DNA from: Octopus sinensis
Taxonomy: Eukaryota
Direction: 5' to 3'
Length of the DNA: 64,000 bases
Assembly (NCBI RefSeq): GCF_006345805.1
Contig: NC_043004.1
Span: forward strand, 69,068,001 to 69,132,000
This document shows positions 12,101 through 24,444 of the stretch, one piece after another. The translations under genes and the position numbers were made by a program. Within the stretch, counting starts at the first letter, position 1; the number at the start of each line of letters is the position of its first letter. The notes beneath the pieces were generated by a model. It saw only the letters and a list, made by a program, of their open reading frames with translations. It ran no database searches and had not been told where the DNA came from.

Positions 12101-15100
12101 TTGTCGTCTACATGTCTGTCTGACTGCTTGTTTGTTGTCTGTCTGTTTGTCTAACCGTTTGTCGCCCTGTTTGCCTTTTGTCTGTTTGCCTATTTGTCGT
12201 CTACATGTCTGTCTGACTGCTTGTTTGTTGTCTGTCTGTTTGTCTAACCGTTTGTCGCCCTGTTTGCCTTTTGTCTTTTTGCCTATTTGACGTCTACATG
12301 TCTGTCTGACTGCTTGTTTGTTGTCTGTCTGTTTGTTAACGTTTGTCGCCCTTTTGCCTTTTGTCTGTTTGCCTGTTTGTCGTCTACATGTCTGCCTGAC
12401 TGCTTGTTTTGTTTGTTGTCTGTTTTTTTGTCTAAACATTTGTCGCCCGGTTTGCCTTTTATCTGTTTGCCTATTTGTCGGCTACATGTCTATCTGACTG
12501 CTTGTTTGTTGTTGTTTGTTGTCTAACCATTCGTCGCCATGTTTGCCTTTTATCTGTTTGCCTATTTGCCGTCTACATGTCTGTCTGCCTGCTTGTTTGT
12601 GTCTGTTTGTTTGTCTAAACATTTGTCGCCCTGTTTGCCTTTTATCGTTTGCCTATTTGTCGGTACATGTCTATCTGACTGCTTGTTTGTTGTCTGTTGG
12701 TTGTCTAACCATTTGTCGCCCTGTTTGCCTTTTATCTGTTAGCCTATTGCCGTCTACATGTCTGTCTGACTGCTTGTTTGTTGTCTGTCTGTTTGTCTAA
12801 CCATTTGTCGACCTGTTTGCCTTTTGTCTGTTGCCTATTTGTCGGCTACATGTCTGTCTGACTGCTTGTTTGTTGTCTGTCCGTTTGTCTAACCATTTGT
12901 CGCCTGTTTGCTATTTGTCGTCTACATGTCTGTCTGACTGCTTGTTTGTTGTCTGTCGTTTGTCTAACTATGTCGCCCTGTTTGCCTATTTGTCGTCTAC
13001 ATGTCTGTCTGACTGATGTTTGTTGTCTGTCTGTTTGTCGAACAATTTGTCGCCCTGTTTGCCTTTTGTTGGTTGCCTTTTATCTGTTTGCCTATTTGTC
13101 GTCTACAGTCTGTTTCTGTCTGCTTGTTTGTTGTCTGTCTGTTTGTATAACCGTTTGTCGCCCTGTTTGCCTTTTGTCGTGTGCCTATTTGTCGGCTACA
13201 TGTCTATCTCTGTTTGTTTGTTGGCTGTCTTTTGTCTTAACCATTTGTCGCCCTGTTGCCTTTTGTCTGTTTGCATATTTGTCGGCTACATATCTATCTG
13301 ACTGCTTGTTTGTTGTCTGTCTGTTTGTCTAACATTTGTCGCCCTGTTTGCTTGTCCTGTTTGCATATTTGTCGTCTACATATCGTGTCTGACTGCTTGA
13401 TTGTTGGTCTGTCTGTTTGTCAAACCGTTTGTCGCCCTGTTTGCCTTTTGTCTGTTTGTTTTATCTGTTTGCCTATTTGTCGTCTAATGTCTGTCTGTCT
13501 GCTGTTTGTGTCTGTCTGTTTGTGTAATCATTTGTCGCCCTGTTTGCCTTTTGTCTGTTTGCATATTTGTCGTCTACATATCTGTCTGACTGCTTGTTTG
13601 TTGTCTGTCTGTTTGTCGAACCGTTTGTCGCCATGTTTGCCTTTTGTCTGTTTGCCTTTTATCTGTTTGCCTATTTGTCGTTAATGTATGTCTGTTTGTT
13701 TGTGTCTGTCTGTTTGTCTAACCGTTTGTCGCCTGTTGCCTTTTGTCTGTTTGCCTATTTGTCGTCTATATGTCTGGTCTGACTGCTTGTTGTTCTGTAT
13801 GTTTGTCTAAACGTTTGTCGCCCTGTTTGCCTTTTGTCTGTTTGCCTATTGTCGTCTACATGTCTGTCTGACTGCTTGTTTGTTGTCTGTCTGTTTGTCT
13901 AACCGTTTGTCGCCCTGTTTGCCTTTCATCTGTTTGCCTATTTGTCGGCTACATGTCTGTCTGACTGCTTGTTTGTTGTCTGTCTGTTTGTCTAACCATT
14001 TGTCGCCCTGTTTGCCTTTTATCTGTTTGCCTATTTGTCGTCTACATGTCTATCTGACTGCTTTTTGTTGTCTGTCTGTTTGTCTAACCATTTGTCACCA
14101 TGTTTGCCTTTTATCTGTTTGCCATTTGTCGGCTACATGTCTGTCTGAATGCTGTTTGTTGTCTGTCTGTTTGTCTAACATTTGTCGCCTTGTTTGCCTG
14201 TTATCTGTTTGCCTATGTCGTCTACACTTCGTCTGACCGCTTGTTGGGTCTGTAATTTGTCTTACCGTTGTCGCCCTGTTTGCCTTTTATCTGTTGCCTA
14301 TTTGTCGGCTAATGTCTGTCTGACTGCTTGTTTGTTGTCTGTCTGTTTGTCTAACCATTTGTCTCTGTTTGCCTATTTGTTGTCTACATGTCTGTCTGAC
14401 TGCTTGTTGTATGTCTGTCTTGTCTAACCATTTGTCGCCCTGTTTGCCTTTTATCTGTTTGCCTATTTGTCGGACTAATGTCTGTCTGACTGCGTGTTTG
14501 TTTGTCTGTCTGTTTGTCTAACCATTTGTCGCCCTGTTTGCCTTTTATCTGTGTGCCTATTTGTCGGCTACATGTCTATCTGACTGCTTGTTTGTTGTCT
14601 TTCTGTTTGTCTAACCATTTGTCGCCCTGTTTGCCTTTTATCTGTTGCCTATTTGTCGGCTACATGTCTGTCTGCTGCTTGTTTGTTGTCTGCCTGTTTG
14701 TCTTACCGTTTGTCGCCCTGTTTGCCTTTTATCAGTTTGCCTATTTGTCGTCTACATGTCTGTCCGACTGCTTGTTTGTTGTCTGTCTGTTTGTCTAACC
14801 ATTTGTCGCCCTGTTTGCCTTTTATCTGTTTGCCTATTTGTCGGCTACCTGTCTGTCTGACTGCTTGTTTGTTGTCTGTCTGTTTGTCTAACCATTTGTC
14901 TCCCTGTTTGCCTTTTATCTGTTTGCATATTTGTCGTCTACGTGCTGTCTGACCGCTTGTTTGTTGTCTGTCTGTTTGTTCTTACCGTTTGTCGCCCTGT
15001 TTGCCTTTTATCTGTTTGCCTATTGTCGTCTACATGTCTGTCTGACTGCTTGTTTGTTGTCTGTCTGTTTGTCTACCCGTTTGTCGCCCTGTTTGCCTTT

Positions 15101-18100
15101 TATCTGTTTGCCTATTTGTCGGCTACACGTCTGTCTGACTGCTTGTTTGTTGTCTGTCTGTTTGTCTAACCATTTGTCGCCCTGTTTGCCTTTTGTTTGT
15201 TTGCCTTTTATCTGTTTGCCTATTTGTCGTCTACATGTCTGTCTGACTGCTTGTTTGTTGTCTGTCTGTTTGTCTCACCATTAGTCGCCCTGTTTGCCTT
15301 TTGTCTGTTTGCCTTTTATCTGTTTGATTTTTTGTCGTCTACATGTCTGTCTGACTGCTTGTTTTTGTCTGTCTGTTTGTCTAACCATTGTCGCCCTGTT
15401 TGCCTTTTGTCTGTTTGCCTTTTATCTGTTTGCCTATTTGTCGTCTACATGTCTGTCTGCTTGTTTGTTGTCTGTCTGTTTGTCTAACCATTTGTCACAC
15501 TGTTTGCCTTTTGTCTGTTTGCCTTTTGTCTGTTTGCCTTTTGTCTGTTTGCCTTTTGTCTGTTTGCCTATTTGTCGTCTACATGTCTGTCTGTTTGTCT
15601 AACCATTTGTCGCCCTGTTTGCCTTTTATCTGTTTGCCTATTTGTCGGCTACATGACTATCTGACTGCTTTTTGTTGTCCGTCTGTTTGTCTTACCATTT
15701 GTCGCCCTGTTTGCCTTTTGTCTGTTTGCCTTTTATCTGTTTGCCTATTTGTCGGCTACATGTCTGTCTGACTGCTTGTTTGTTGTCTGTCTGTTTGTCT
15801 AACCATTTGTCGCCCTGTTTGCCTTTTATCTGTTTGCCTATTTGTCGTCTATATGTCTGCCTGTCTGCTTGTTTGTTGTCTGTCTGTTTGTCTAACCATT
15901 TGTCGCCCTGTTTGCCTTTTGTCTGTTTGCCTTTTATCTTTTTGCCTATTTGTCGTCTACATGTCTGTCTGACTGCTTCTTTGTTGTCTTTCTGTTTGTC
16001 TAACCATTTGTCGCCCTGTTTGCCTTTTGTCTGTTTGCCTTTTATCTGTTTGCCTATTTGTCGTCTACATGTCTGTCTGTCTGCTTGTTTGTTGTCTGTC
16101 TGTTTGTCTAACCATTTCTCGCCCTGTTTGCCTTTTGTCGGTTTGCCTTTTATCTGTTTGCCTATTTTTCGTCTACATGTCTGTCTGTCTGCTTGTTTGT
16201 TGTCTGTCTGTTTGTGTAACCATTTGTCGCCCTGTTTGCCTTTTGTCTGTTTGCCTTTTATCTGTTTGCTTATTTGTCGTCTACATGTCTGTCTGACTGC
16301 TTGTTTTTGTCTGTCTGTTTGTCTAACCATTGTCGCCCTGTTTGCCTTTTGTCTGTTTGCCTTTTATCTGTTTGCCTATTTGTCGTCTACATGTCTGTCT
16401 GTCTGCTTGTTTGTTGTCTGTCTGTTTGTCTAACCATTTGTCACCCTGTTTGCCTTTTGTCTGTTTGCCTTTTGTCTGTTTGCCTATTTGTCGGCTACAT
16501 GTCTGTCTGACTGCTTGTTTGTTGTCTGTCTGTTTGTCTTACCATTTGTCGCCCTGTTTGCCTATTTGTTGTCTACATGTCTGTCTGACTGCTTGTTTGT
16601 TGTCTGTCTGTTTGTCTAACCATTTGTCGCCCTGTTTGCCTTTTATCTGTTTGCCTATTTGTCGGCTACATGTCTGTCTGACTGCTTGTTTGTTGTCTGT
16701 CTTTTTGTCTAACCATTGTCGCCCTGTTTGCCTTTTATCTGTTTGCCAATTTGTCGGCTACATGTCTCTCTGACTGCTTTTTGTTGTCTGTCTGTTTGTC
16801 TAACCATTTGTCGCCCTGTTTGCCTTTTATCTGTTTGCCTATTTGTCGGCTACATGTCTGTCTGACTGTTTGTTTGTTGTCTGTCTGTTTGTCTAACCAT
16901 TTGTCGCCCTGTTTGCCTTTTATCTGTTTTCCTATTTGTCGTCTACATTTCTGTTTGACCGCTTGTTTGTTGTCTGTCTGTTTGTCTCACCGTTTGTCGC
17001 CCTGTTTGCCTTTTATCAGTTTGCCTATTTGTCGTCTACATGTCTGTCCGACTGCTTGTTTGTTGTCTGTCTGTTTGTCTAACCATTTGTCGCCCTGTTT
17101 GCCTTTTATCTGTTTGCCTATTTGTCGGCTACATGTCTGTCTGACTTCTTGTTTGTTGTCTGTCTGTTTGTCTAACCATTTGTCTCCCTGTTTGCCTTTT
17201 ATCTGTTTGCCTATTTGTCGTCTACATGTCTGTCTGACCGCTTGTTTGTTGTCTGTCTGTTTGTCTTACCGTTTGTCGCCCTGTTTGCCTTTTATCTGTT
17301 TGCCTATTTGTCGTCTACATGTCTGTCTGACTGCTTGTTTGTTGTCTGTCTGTTTGTCTGCCCGTTTGTCGCCCTGTTTGCCTTTTATCTGTTTGCCTAT
17401 TTGTCGGCTACACGTCTGTCTGACTGCTTGTTTGTTGTCTGTCTGTTTGTCTAACCATTTGTCGCCCTGTTTGCCTTTTGTTTGTTTGCCTTTTATCTGT
17501 TTGCCTATTTGTCGTCTACATGTCTTACTGCTTGTTTGTTGTCTGTCTGTTTGTCTAACCATTGTCGCCCTGTTTGCCTTTTGTCTGTTTGCCTTTTATC
17601 TATTTGCCTATTTGTCGGCTACATGTGTGTCTGACTGCTTGTTTGTTGTCTGTCTGTTTGTCTAACCATTTGTCGCCCTGTTTGCCTTTTATCTGTTTGC
17701 CTATTTGTCGTCTACGTGTCTGTCTGACTGCTTGTTTGTTGTCTTTCTGTTTGTCTAACCATTTGTCGCCCTGTTGCCTTTTGTCTGTTTGCCTTTTATC
17801 TATTTGCCTATTTGTCGGCTACATGTGTGTCTGACTGCTTGTTTGTTGTCTGTCTGTTTGTCTAACCATTTGTCGCCCTGTTTGCCTTTTATCTGTTTGC
17901 CTATTTGTCGTCTACGTGTCTGTCTGACTGCTTGTTTGTTGTCTTTCTGTTTGTCTAACCATTTGTCGCCCTGTTTGCCTTTTGTCTGTTTGCCTTTTAT
18001 CTGTTTGCCTATTTGTCGTCTACATGTCTGTCTGTCTGCTTGTTGTTGTCTGTCTGTTTGTCTAACCATTTGTCGCCCTGTTTGCCTTTTGTCTGTTTGC

Positions 18101-20345
18101 CTTTTATCTGTTTGCCTATTTGTCGTCTTTATGTCTGTCTGTCTGCTTGTTTGTTGTCTGTCTGTTTGTCTAACCATTTGTCGCCCTGTTTGCCTTTTGT
18201 CTGTTTGCCTTTTATCTGTTTGCTTATTTGTCGTCTACATGTCTGTCTTACTGCTTGTTTTTGTCTGTCTGTTTGTCTAACCATTGTCGCCCTGTTTGCC
18301 TTTTGTCTGTTTGCCTTTTATCTGTTTGCCTATTTGTCGTCTACATGTCTGTCTGCTTGTTTGTTGTCTGTCTGTTTGTCTAACCATTTGTCACCCTGTT
18401 TGCCTTTTGTCTGTTTGCCTATTTGTCGTCTACATGTCTGTCTGACTGCTTGTTTGTTGTCTGTCTGTTTGTCTAACCATTTGTCGCCCTGTTTGCCTTT
18501 TATCTGTTTGCCTATTTGTCGGCTACATGTCTATCTGACTGCTTTTTGTTGTCCGTCTGTTTGTCTTACCATTTGTCGTCCTGTTTGCCTTTTGTCTCTT
18601 TGCCTTTTATCTGTTTGCCTATTTGTCGTCTACATGTCTGTCTGTCTGCTTGTTTGTTGTCTGTCTGTTTGTCTAACCATTTCTCGCCCTGTTTGCCTTT
18701 TGTCTGTTTGCCTTTTATCTGTTTGCCTATTTGTCGTCTACATGTCTGTCTGTCTGCTTGTTTGTTGTCTGTCTGTTTGTGTAACCATTTGTCGCCCTGT
18801 TTGCCTTTTGTCTGTTTGCCTTTTATCTGTTTGCCTATTTGTCGTCTACATGTCTGTCTGTCTGCTTGTTTGTTGTCTGTCTGTTTGTCTAACCATTTGT
18901 CACCCTGTTTGCCTTTTGTCTGTTTGCCTTTTGTCTGTTTGCCTTTTGTCTGTTTGCCTATTTGTCGTCTACATGTCTGTCTGACTGCTAGTTTGTTGTC
19001 TGTCTGTTTGTCTAACCATTTGTCGCCCTGTTTGCCTTTTATCTGTTTGCCTATTTGTCGGCTACATGTCTATCTGACTGCTTTTTGTTGTCTGTCTGTT
19101 TGTCTTACCATTTGTCGCCCTGTTTGCCGTTTGTCTGTTTGCCTTTTATCTGTTTGCCTATTTTTCGGCTACATGTCTGTCTGACTGCTTGTTTGTTGTC
19201 TGTCTGTTTGTCTAACCATTTGTCGCCCTGTTTGCCTTTTATCTGTTTGCCTATTGGTCGTCTACATGTCTGTCTGACTGCTTTTTTGTTGTCTTTCTGT
19301 TTGTCTAACCATTTGTCGCCCTGTTTGCCTTTTGTCTGTTTGCCTTTTATCTGTTTGCCTATTTGTCGTCTACATGTCTGTCTGTCTGCTTGTTTGTTGT
19401 CTGTCTGTTTGTCTAACCATTTGTCGCCCTGTTTGCCTTTTGTCTGTTTGCCTTTTATCTGTTTGCCTATTTCTCGTCTACATGTCTGCCTGTCTGCTTG
19501 TTTGTTGTCTGTCTGTTTGTCTAACCATTTGTCGCCCTGTTTGCCTTTTGTCTGTTTGCTTATTTGTCGTCTACATGTCTGTCTGACTGCTTGTTTTTGT
19601 CTGTCTGTTTGTCTAACCATTTGTCGCCCTGTTTGCCTTTTGTCTGTTTGCCTTTTATCTGTTTGCCTATTTGTCGTCTACATGTCTGTCTGTCTGTCTG
19701 CTTGTTTGTTGTCTGTCTGTTTGTCTAACCATTTGTCACCCTGTTTGCCTTTTGTCTGTTTGCCTTTTGTGTGTTTGCCTTTTGTCTTTTTGCCTATTTG
19801 TCGTCTACATGTCTGTCTGACTGCTAGTTTGTTGTCTGTCTGTTTGTCTAACCATTTGTCGCCCTGTTTGCCTTTTGTCTGTTTGCCTTTTGTCTGTTTG
19901 CCTTTTGTCTGTTTGTCTTTTATCTGTTTGCTTATTTGTCGTCTACATGTCTGTCTGTCTGCTTGTTTGTTGTCTGTCTGTTTGTCTGTCTAACCAGTTG
20001 TCGCCCTGTTTGCCTTTTGTCTGTTTGCCTTTTATCTGTTTGCCTATTTGTCGTCTACATGTCTGTCTGTCTGTTTGTTTGTTGTCTGTCTGTTTGTCTA
20101 ACCATTTGTCGCCCTGTTTGCCTTTTGTCTGTTTGCCTTTTATCTGTTTGCCTATTTGTCGGCTACATGTCTTTCTGACTGCTTTTTTGTCGTCTGTCTG
20201 TTTGTCTAACCGCTTGTCGCCCTGTTTGCCTTTTATCTGTTTGCCTATTTTCCGTCAACATGTCTGTCTGACTGCTTGTCTAACCGTTTGTCGCCCTGTT
20301 TGCCTTTTGTCTGTTTACCTATTTGTCGGCTACATGTCTGTCTGA
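3165..20345. repeat. Tandem satellite array, 93-bp base unit with 78/108/123-bp variants
   Basis: Unit tgcctatttgtcgtctacatgtctgtctgactgcttgtttgttgtctgtctgtttgtctaaccgtttgtcgccctgtttgccttttgtctgtt (ccgtttgtcg at 9648 and 9741); length variants differ by 15-bp TGCCTTTT(G/A)TCTGTT modules; strongly T-rich and A-poor on + strand. Confidence 0.97.
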
Positions 20346-21148
20346 CATGGTAGTCTGTGTATTGTCTGTTTGTCTGCTTGTTTGTATGTCCATGCCTATG
20401 TACTTGCCAGTTTATCTTCCTGCCTATGTATTTGCCTGTTTATCTGCCAATCTGTGTGCCTGTTTGTTTTTCTACCTGCTTGTCTGTCTGCCTATCAGCC
20501 TGCCTACCTGTTTGTCTGTCTGTCTTGTTAGTCTGTCTGTCTCTTTGTCTCTCTCTGCGTATTCATCTCTCCCTTTATCCCTCGTTGTCCTTTCTCCCTC
20601 AAGATCGATGACTCACTCTCTCTCTCTTCGTCTTTTTCTCTTTGCATTTCAACTCTTTCTTTTCTTCCTGATCTCTCCTTTCATTTCCTTCTCTCTTCTC
20701 TTCGCTCCGTCTCTATCTGCCTCTCTGTCTCCCCAATACTCTGTTTCACTCCCTCAGTCAATCAGCTTTCTCTCTCTAACTTTGTCTTTTAAATTCCTTT
20801 CCTTGTCTCTATCTCTCCTTTTCATCACTATCTCCCAATTATCTCTCTCTCTTTTCTTTATTTCTCTCTTGTCTTCCTCCCCCCTCTCTCTCTCTTATTT
20901 CAGTTCTTTTGTCTCTCTCTTTCCCTTTTCTCCGGTCTGTCTCAGCTTACACTCACTTCCTATATCTCTCTCCTTTTCTTTGTTTTCCTTTCCTACTCTC
21001 TTTCCTTTTTATTTCTCTATCTCTGTCCTGTTCTCTCTCTCTATTTCTCTCCTCTCTCTCCGCTATTTTTATTTCCTTGTCCCTATCTCTTCCTTTCTTC
21101 CGCACTCTCTCAATTTTCGCTCTTTCCTTTCCTTTTCCTTTCTTTCTG

Positions 21149-21184
<36 letters not shown>

Positions 21185-21335
21185 TATCTCTCTCTTGTCC
21201 TCTCTCTGTCTATTTCTTTCTTTCTTTCTTTGTCTGTCTGTCTGTCTCTCTTTGTCTCTTTCTTTCTTTCGTTCTTTCTTTCTTTCTTTCGTTCTTTCTT
21301 TCTTTCTTTCGTTCCTTCTTTCTTTCATCTTCTTT

Positions 21336-21367
<32 letters not shown>

Positions 21368-21378
21368 TTTCTTTCTTC

Positions 21379-21444
<66 letters not shown>

Positions 21445-21475
21445 TGCCTGTCCGTCTGTCTCTCTCTCTCTCTAA
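20346..21475. repeat. Degenerate CTGT to CT-rich to (CTTT)n low-complexity tract
   Basis: Direct reading: tgtctgcc-type motifs grade into polypyrimidine, then pure (CTTT)n at about 21140-21445. Confidence 0.9.
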
Positions 21476-21684
21476 ACACCATGCTTTAGATCTTATCATT
21501 TCCTCTAAAGCAATTCTGTCTCCAATGTACGTGACACCACGTAGTGAGTACATTCAACACTGGAACTGTTCTTATCTTTGTACTCTAAAACAAACACACA
21601 CGCGCACGCACACACACATCATACAGACGCTCACACATACACATACATAGACACGCACACACACAACTACTAACACTGTCAACT

Positions 21685-21785
21685 ATTCATCATTGCCAGC
21701 ATCAGCATTATCGTCATCACCACCACCACCACCACCACCACCACCATCACCATCGTCATCAGCTTTATCCTCCTCCTCTTCCTCG

Positions 21786-21816
<31 letters not shown>

Positions 21817-21818
21817 GG

Positions 21819-21849
<31 letters not shown>

Positions 21850-22082
21850 TATCACCATCATCATCAGCTTTATTCTCCTCCTCCTTCTCCTCTTCATTAT
21901 CATCACCGTCGTCATCATCGTCATCATCATCATCATCATCATCATCATTATCATCAGCTTTATCCTCCTCCTCGTCATCATCACCATCACCGTTGTCATC
22001 ATTGTCATCATCATCATCATTATCGTCTTTGTCATCATAATCATCATCATCATCAACGTTATTATCATCATCATCACCGTTG

Positions 22083-22114
<32 letters not shown>

Positions 22115-22200
22115 GTCGTCGTCGTCGTCGTCATCATCATTATCGTCGTGATCGTCATCTTCATCATCGTCATCATCAACGTCATCGCCATCATCATCTG
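21685..22200. repeat. Compound (CAT/CAC/CGT)n trinucleotide microsatellite
   Basis: CAT-based triplets, with a recurring catcagcttta(t/c)..ctcctcct motif about every 100 bp. Confidence 0.95.
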
Positions 22201-22295
22201 TTGTTTAAATGGCTTATGTGCTACGGAAAAGACAGTTTCCAAAAATGCGTTGCGCTCTTGCTAATAGAAATAACACACAAAAATGAATTTTTGCG

Positions 22296-22648
22296 ACCCC
22301 AGTACGCAACTGGTACTTAATTTATCGATCCCGGAAGAATAAAAGGAAAAGTCGACCTCGGCGGAATTTGAACTCAGAACGTAGTGAAGAGAGACGAAGT
22401 ACCTATTTCTTTACTACCCACAAGGAGGAGACAAACTTAATACCCACACAGAAAAGACAAACAAGGACAGACAGACAGATTAAGTCGATTATATCGACCC
22501 AGTGCGTAACTGGTACTTAATTTATCGACCCCGAAAGGATGAAAGGCAAAGTCGACCTCAGCGGAATTTGAACTCAGAATGAAACGGCAGACGAAATACC
22601 GCTAAGCATTCGCCCAGCGTGCTTAACGCTTCCGCCAGTTCGCCGCCT
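22296..22648 (-). mobile_element. Two tandem SINE family B copies (one 5'-truncated)
   Basis: Reverse complement of ggcggcgaactggc...gagttcaaattccgc.gaggtcgactttgcctttcatcctttcggggtcgataaattaagtaccagttacgcactggg, present twice. Confidence 0.85.
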
Positions 22649-23059
22649 TTGTTGCTGTTATTATTGTTATTTATACGCTGTCAGCTAGTACAGAGAAAAA
22701 TATGAGATTTAAAAAGATTGTGGCACTCGTGACACTCCACCTTTTTTTACCAGGCACAATTTACAATAGACAACATAGCCGCAGTCCAATGACTGAGACA
22801 AGTAGAAGATAAATTTAAAAGATAAACGAAGGATCTGATGAAAGCGAAGCTACAATCAGTGATGGGTTTAAGAATAGGCAAAATAGGCTGCAGTTTAAGG
22901 CCCTACAATCCACAATGGCCTCAAAATAACTAAAATTCATATATGATTTTAATTTATATGAGATTTGATGCAATTTCTTTTGAAGAAGGAATCTCCAAAC
23001 TTTATATTACTTAGGGCCTCACCAAGTCCCCATTTGGCACTGATTTCGAGATTATCTTT

Positions 23060-23346
23060 AATTAAGTAGCAGGTCATGCTACTCCAGACTGATGACGAGC
23101 AAAGACTCAGAAACTAGTCTCTGGCTGCAGGTTTAGCTGGGTGGAGGTGCTTGTCTCCCCCTTGCAAACATAAGGACACAGGAAATATGTCAAGGCCGAC
23201 AGGAAGCGGTGCTGCTTCCTAGGGCTAAATAGCAGTGGTGTGATTCGCTTCATGGGACTGTCACATTAAGTTGACAGCATACAACTACTTTATCGTACCA
23301 CTACTGCATAAATCTCTCTGAGAGATTTTAGAAATGTATTATTTCT
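23060..23346 (+). mobile_element. Old copy of a short hammerhead-bearing element (putative Penelope pseudo-LTR / retrozyme end)
   Basis: 23200-23346 aligns with the reverse complement of 54016-54160 (tgcttcctagggctaaa.agcagtggtg...ctgtcac..ttgacag..gagagatt(t)tagaaat.ta.tatttct); hammerhead lies upstream at 23084. Confidence 0.6.
23084..23124 (+). ncRNA. Minimal type I hammerhead ribozyme (possibly decayed)
   Basis: Stem I CCAGA/TCTGG; CTGATGA 23089-95; stem II GAG-caaaga-CTC with a C.A mismatch at its base; GAAA 23110-13; palindromic stem III ACTAGT; GUC cleavage after C23119. Confidence 0.7.
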
Positions 23347-23369
23347 GCTTTAAGCACGTGTTTTTCTAT

Positions 23370-23720
23370 TGTGTTCTAGTGACGATGTGGGGGATAATGC
23401 TCAAAATAGTTTCAGGCTGGTACATTGAGATGGTTGATATTCAGTATAAGAAACTGTTAATGGTTGTCTGTAAGGGACAACAAGAATGGTGACAGAAAAG
23501 AATCCCGAATGATTGACACGTTTGGGCGGATGGTTCGGGAATTATGGTTTGTGTGGGATGTAGAATGAGCGAAAGTTTCTATAAGCGATGTTCTTAGGAG
23601 AAGGTGACATTTGTCTGAGATGGGACTATATTGGGTTAGTTCAGAAAAGCGGAGATCGTTGTAATGAAGGCAGGATAGTTGGAGTGAGGAGACAGTGAAT
23701 CTGCAGTGAATATATATACA
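23370..23720 (-). mobile_element. Possible heavily decayed Penelope-like RT N-terminal fragment
   Basis: Reverse-strand translations give FYIPHKP / TIRPNVS, loosely resembling FYxLPKIHK..RPIVS; many stops. Confidence 0.35.
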
Positions 23721-24199
23721 CGTATATACATATGAATCAGAGTTTGTCGTGTATCAGGAAGTTTTATTTCACTGAAAATATATCTTTTGTCCATCTCGGT
23801 TAAAACCGTTATTGATCACCAAAATTGATTAGCAAAAATTTCTTCCTGAAATATAATAGCTTCCTCTAAATATAATAGCGAATCTGACCAAAAATTCTAA
23901 AATTCTCTACAACAATGCATTTTAGCATAGGTGCAAAGTAGTGTATTTTAGGGGAAGAAACAGTTGATTAAATCGACTCCAGTACTTAACTGGTAGTCAT
24001 TTTATCAACAACAGTAGGATAAAAAGAACCCCGCTAACTTTTCTCTTTCTTGAGAAAAGTTTTTTATCCGAAACGCCAGGATCTTTTCCTCCCAATTTAA
24101 GTAATTACGCTTGTATCCATCCTTCCACCCATCTTTTCTACCCACTATTTATGGGAGGCTCGGGTGAGAGTAGAGTCCTTAGTCACCTCCTGCAAAGGA

Positions 24200-24435
24200 T
24201 TCTTTTTTCTTTATTGCCCACCAGGGGCTAAATATAGAGGGGACAAACAAGGACAGACAAAGGGATTAAGTCGATTACATCGACCCCAGTGCGTAACTGG
24301 TACTTAATTTATCGACCCCGAAAGGATGAAAGGCAAAGTCGACCTCGGCGGAATTTGAACTCACAACGTAACGCAGACGAAATACCGCTAAGCATTTCGC
24401 CCGGCGTGCTAACGTTTCTGCGAGCTCGCCGCCTT
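24200..24435 (-). mobile_element. SINE family B, full length
   Basis: Near-identical to 44820-45059; tRNA-like head ggcggcgagctcgcagaaacgttagcacgccgggcgaaatgc. Confidence 0.9.
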
Positions 24436-24444
24436 ATCCGTATT

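Noticed and set aside
3165-20345. Dozens of Cys/Leu-rich and Lys/Gln-rich ORFs up to 366 aa
   Set aside because: They are translations of the 93-bp satellite. The A-poor + strand rarely forms stops, and frameshifting variants are shared between repeat copies.
3165-20345. CRISPR array
   Set aside because: Contiguous tandem units with no unique spacers, in a eukaryotic context.
20323-22264. Leu/Ser/Phe-rich, KKER and poly-Met/Ser/Ile ORFs
   Set aside because: Readouts of (CTTT)n and (CAT)n microsatellites.
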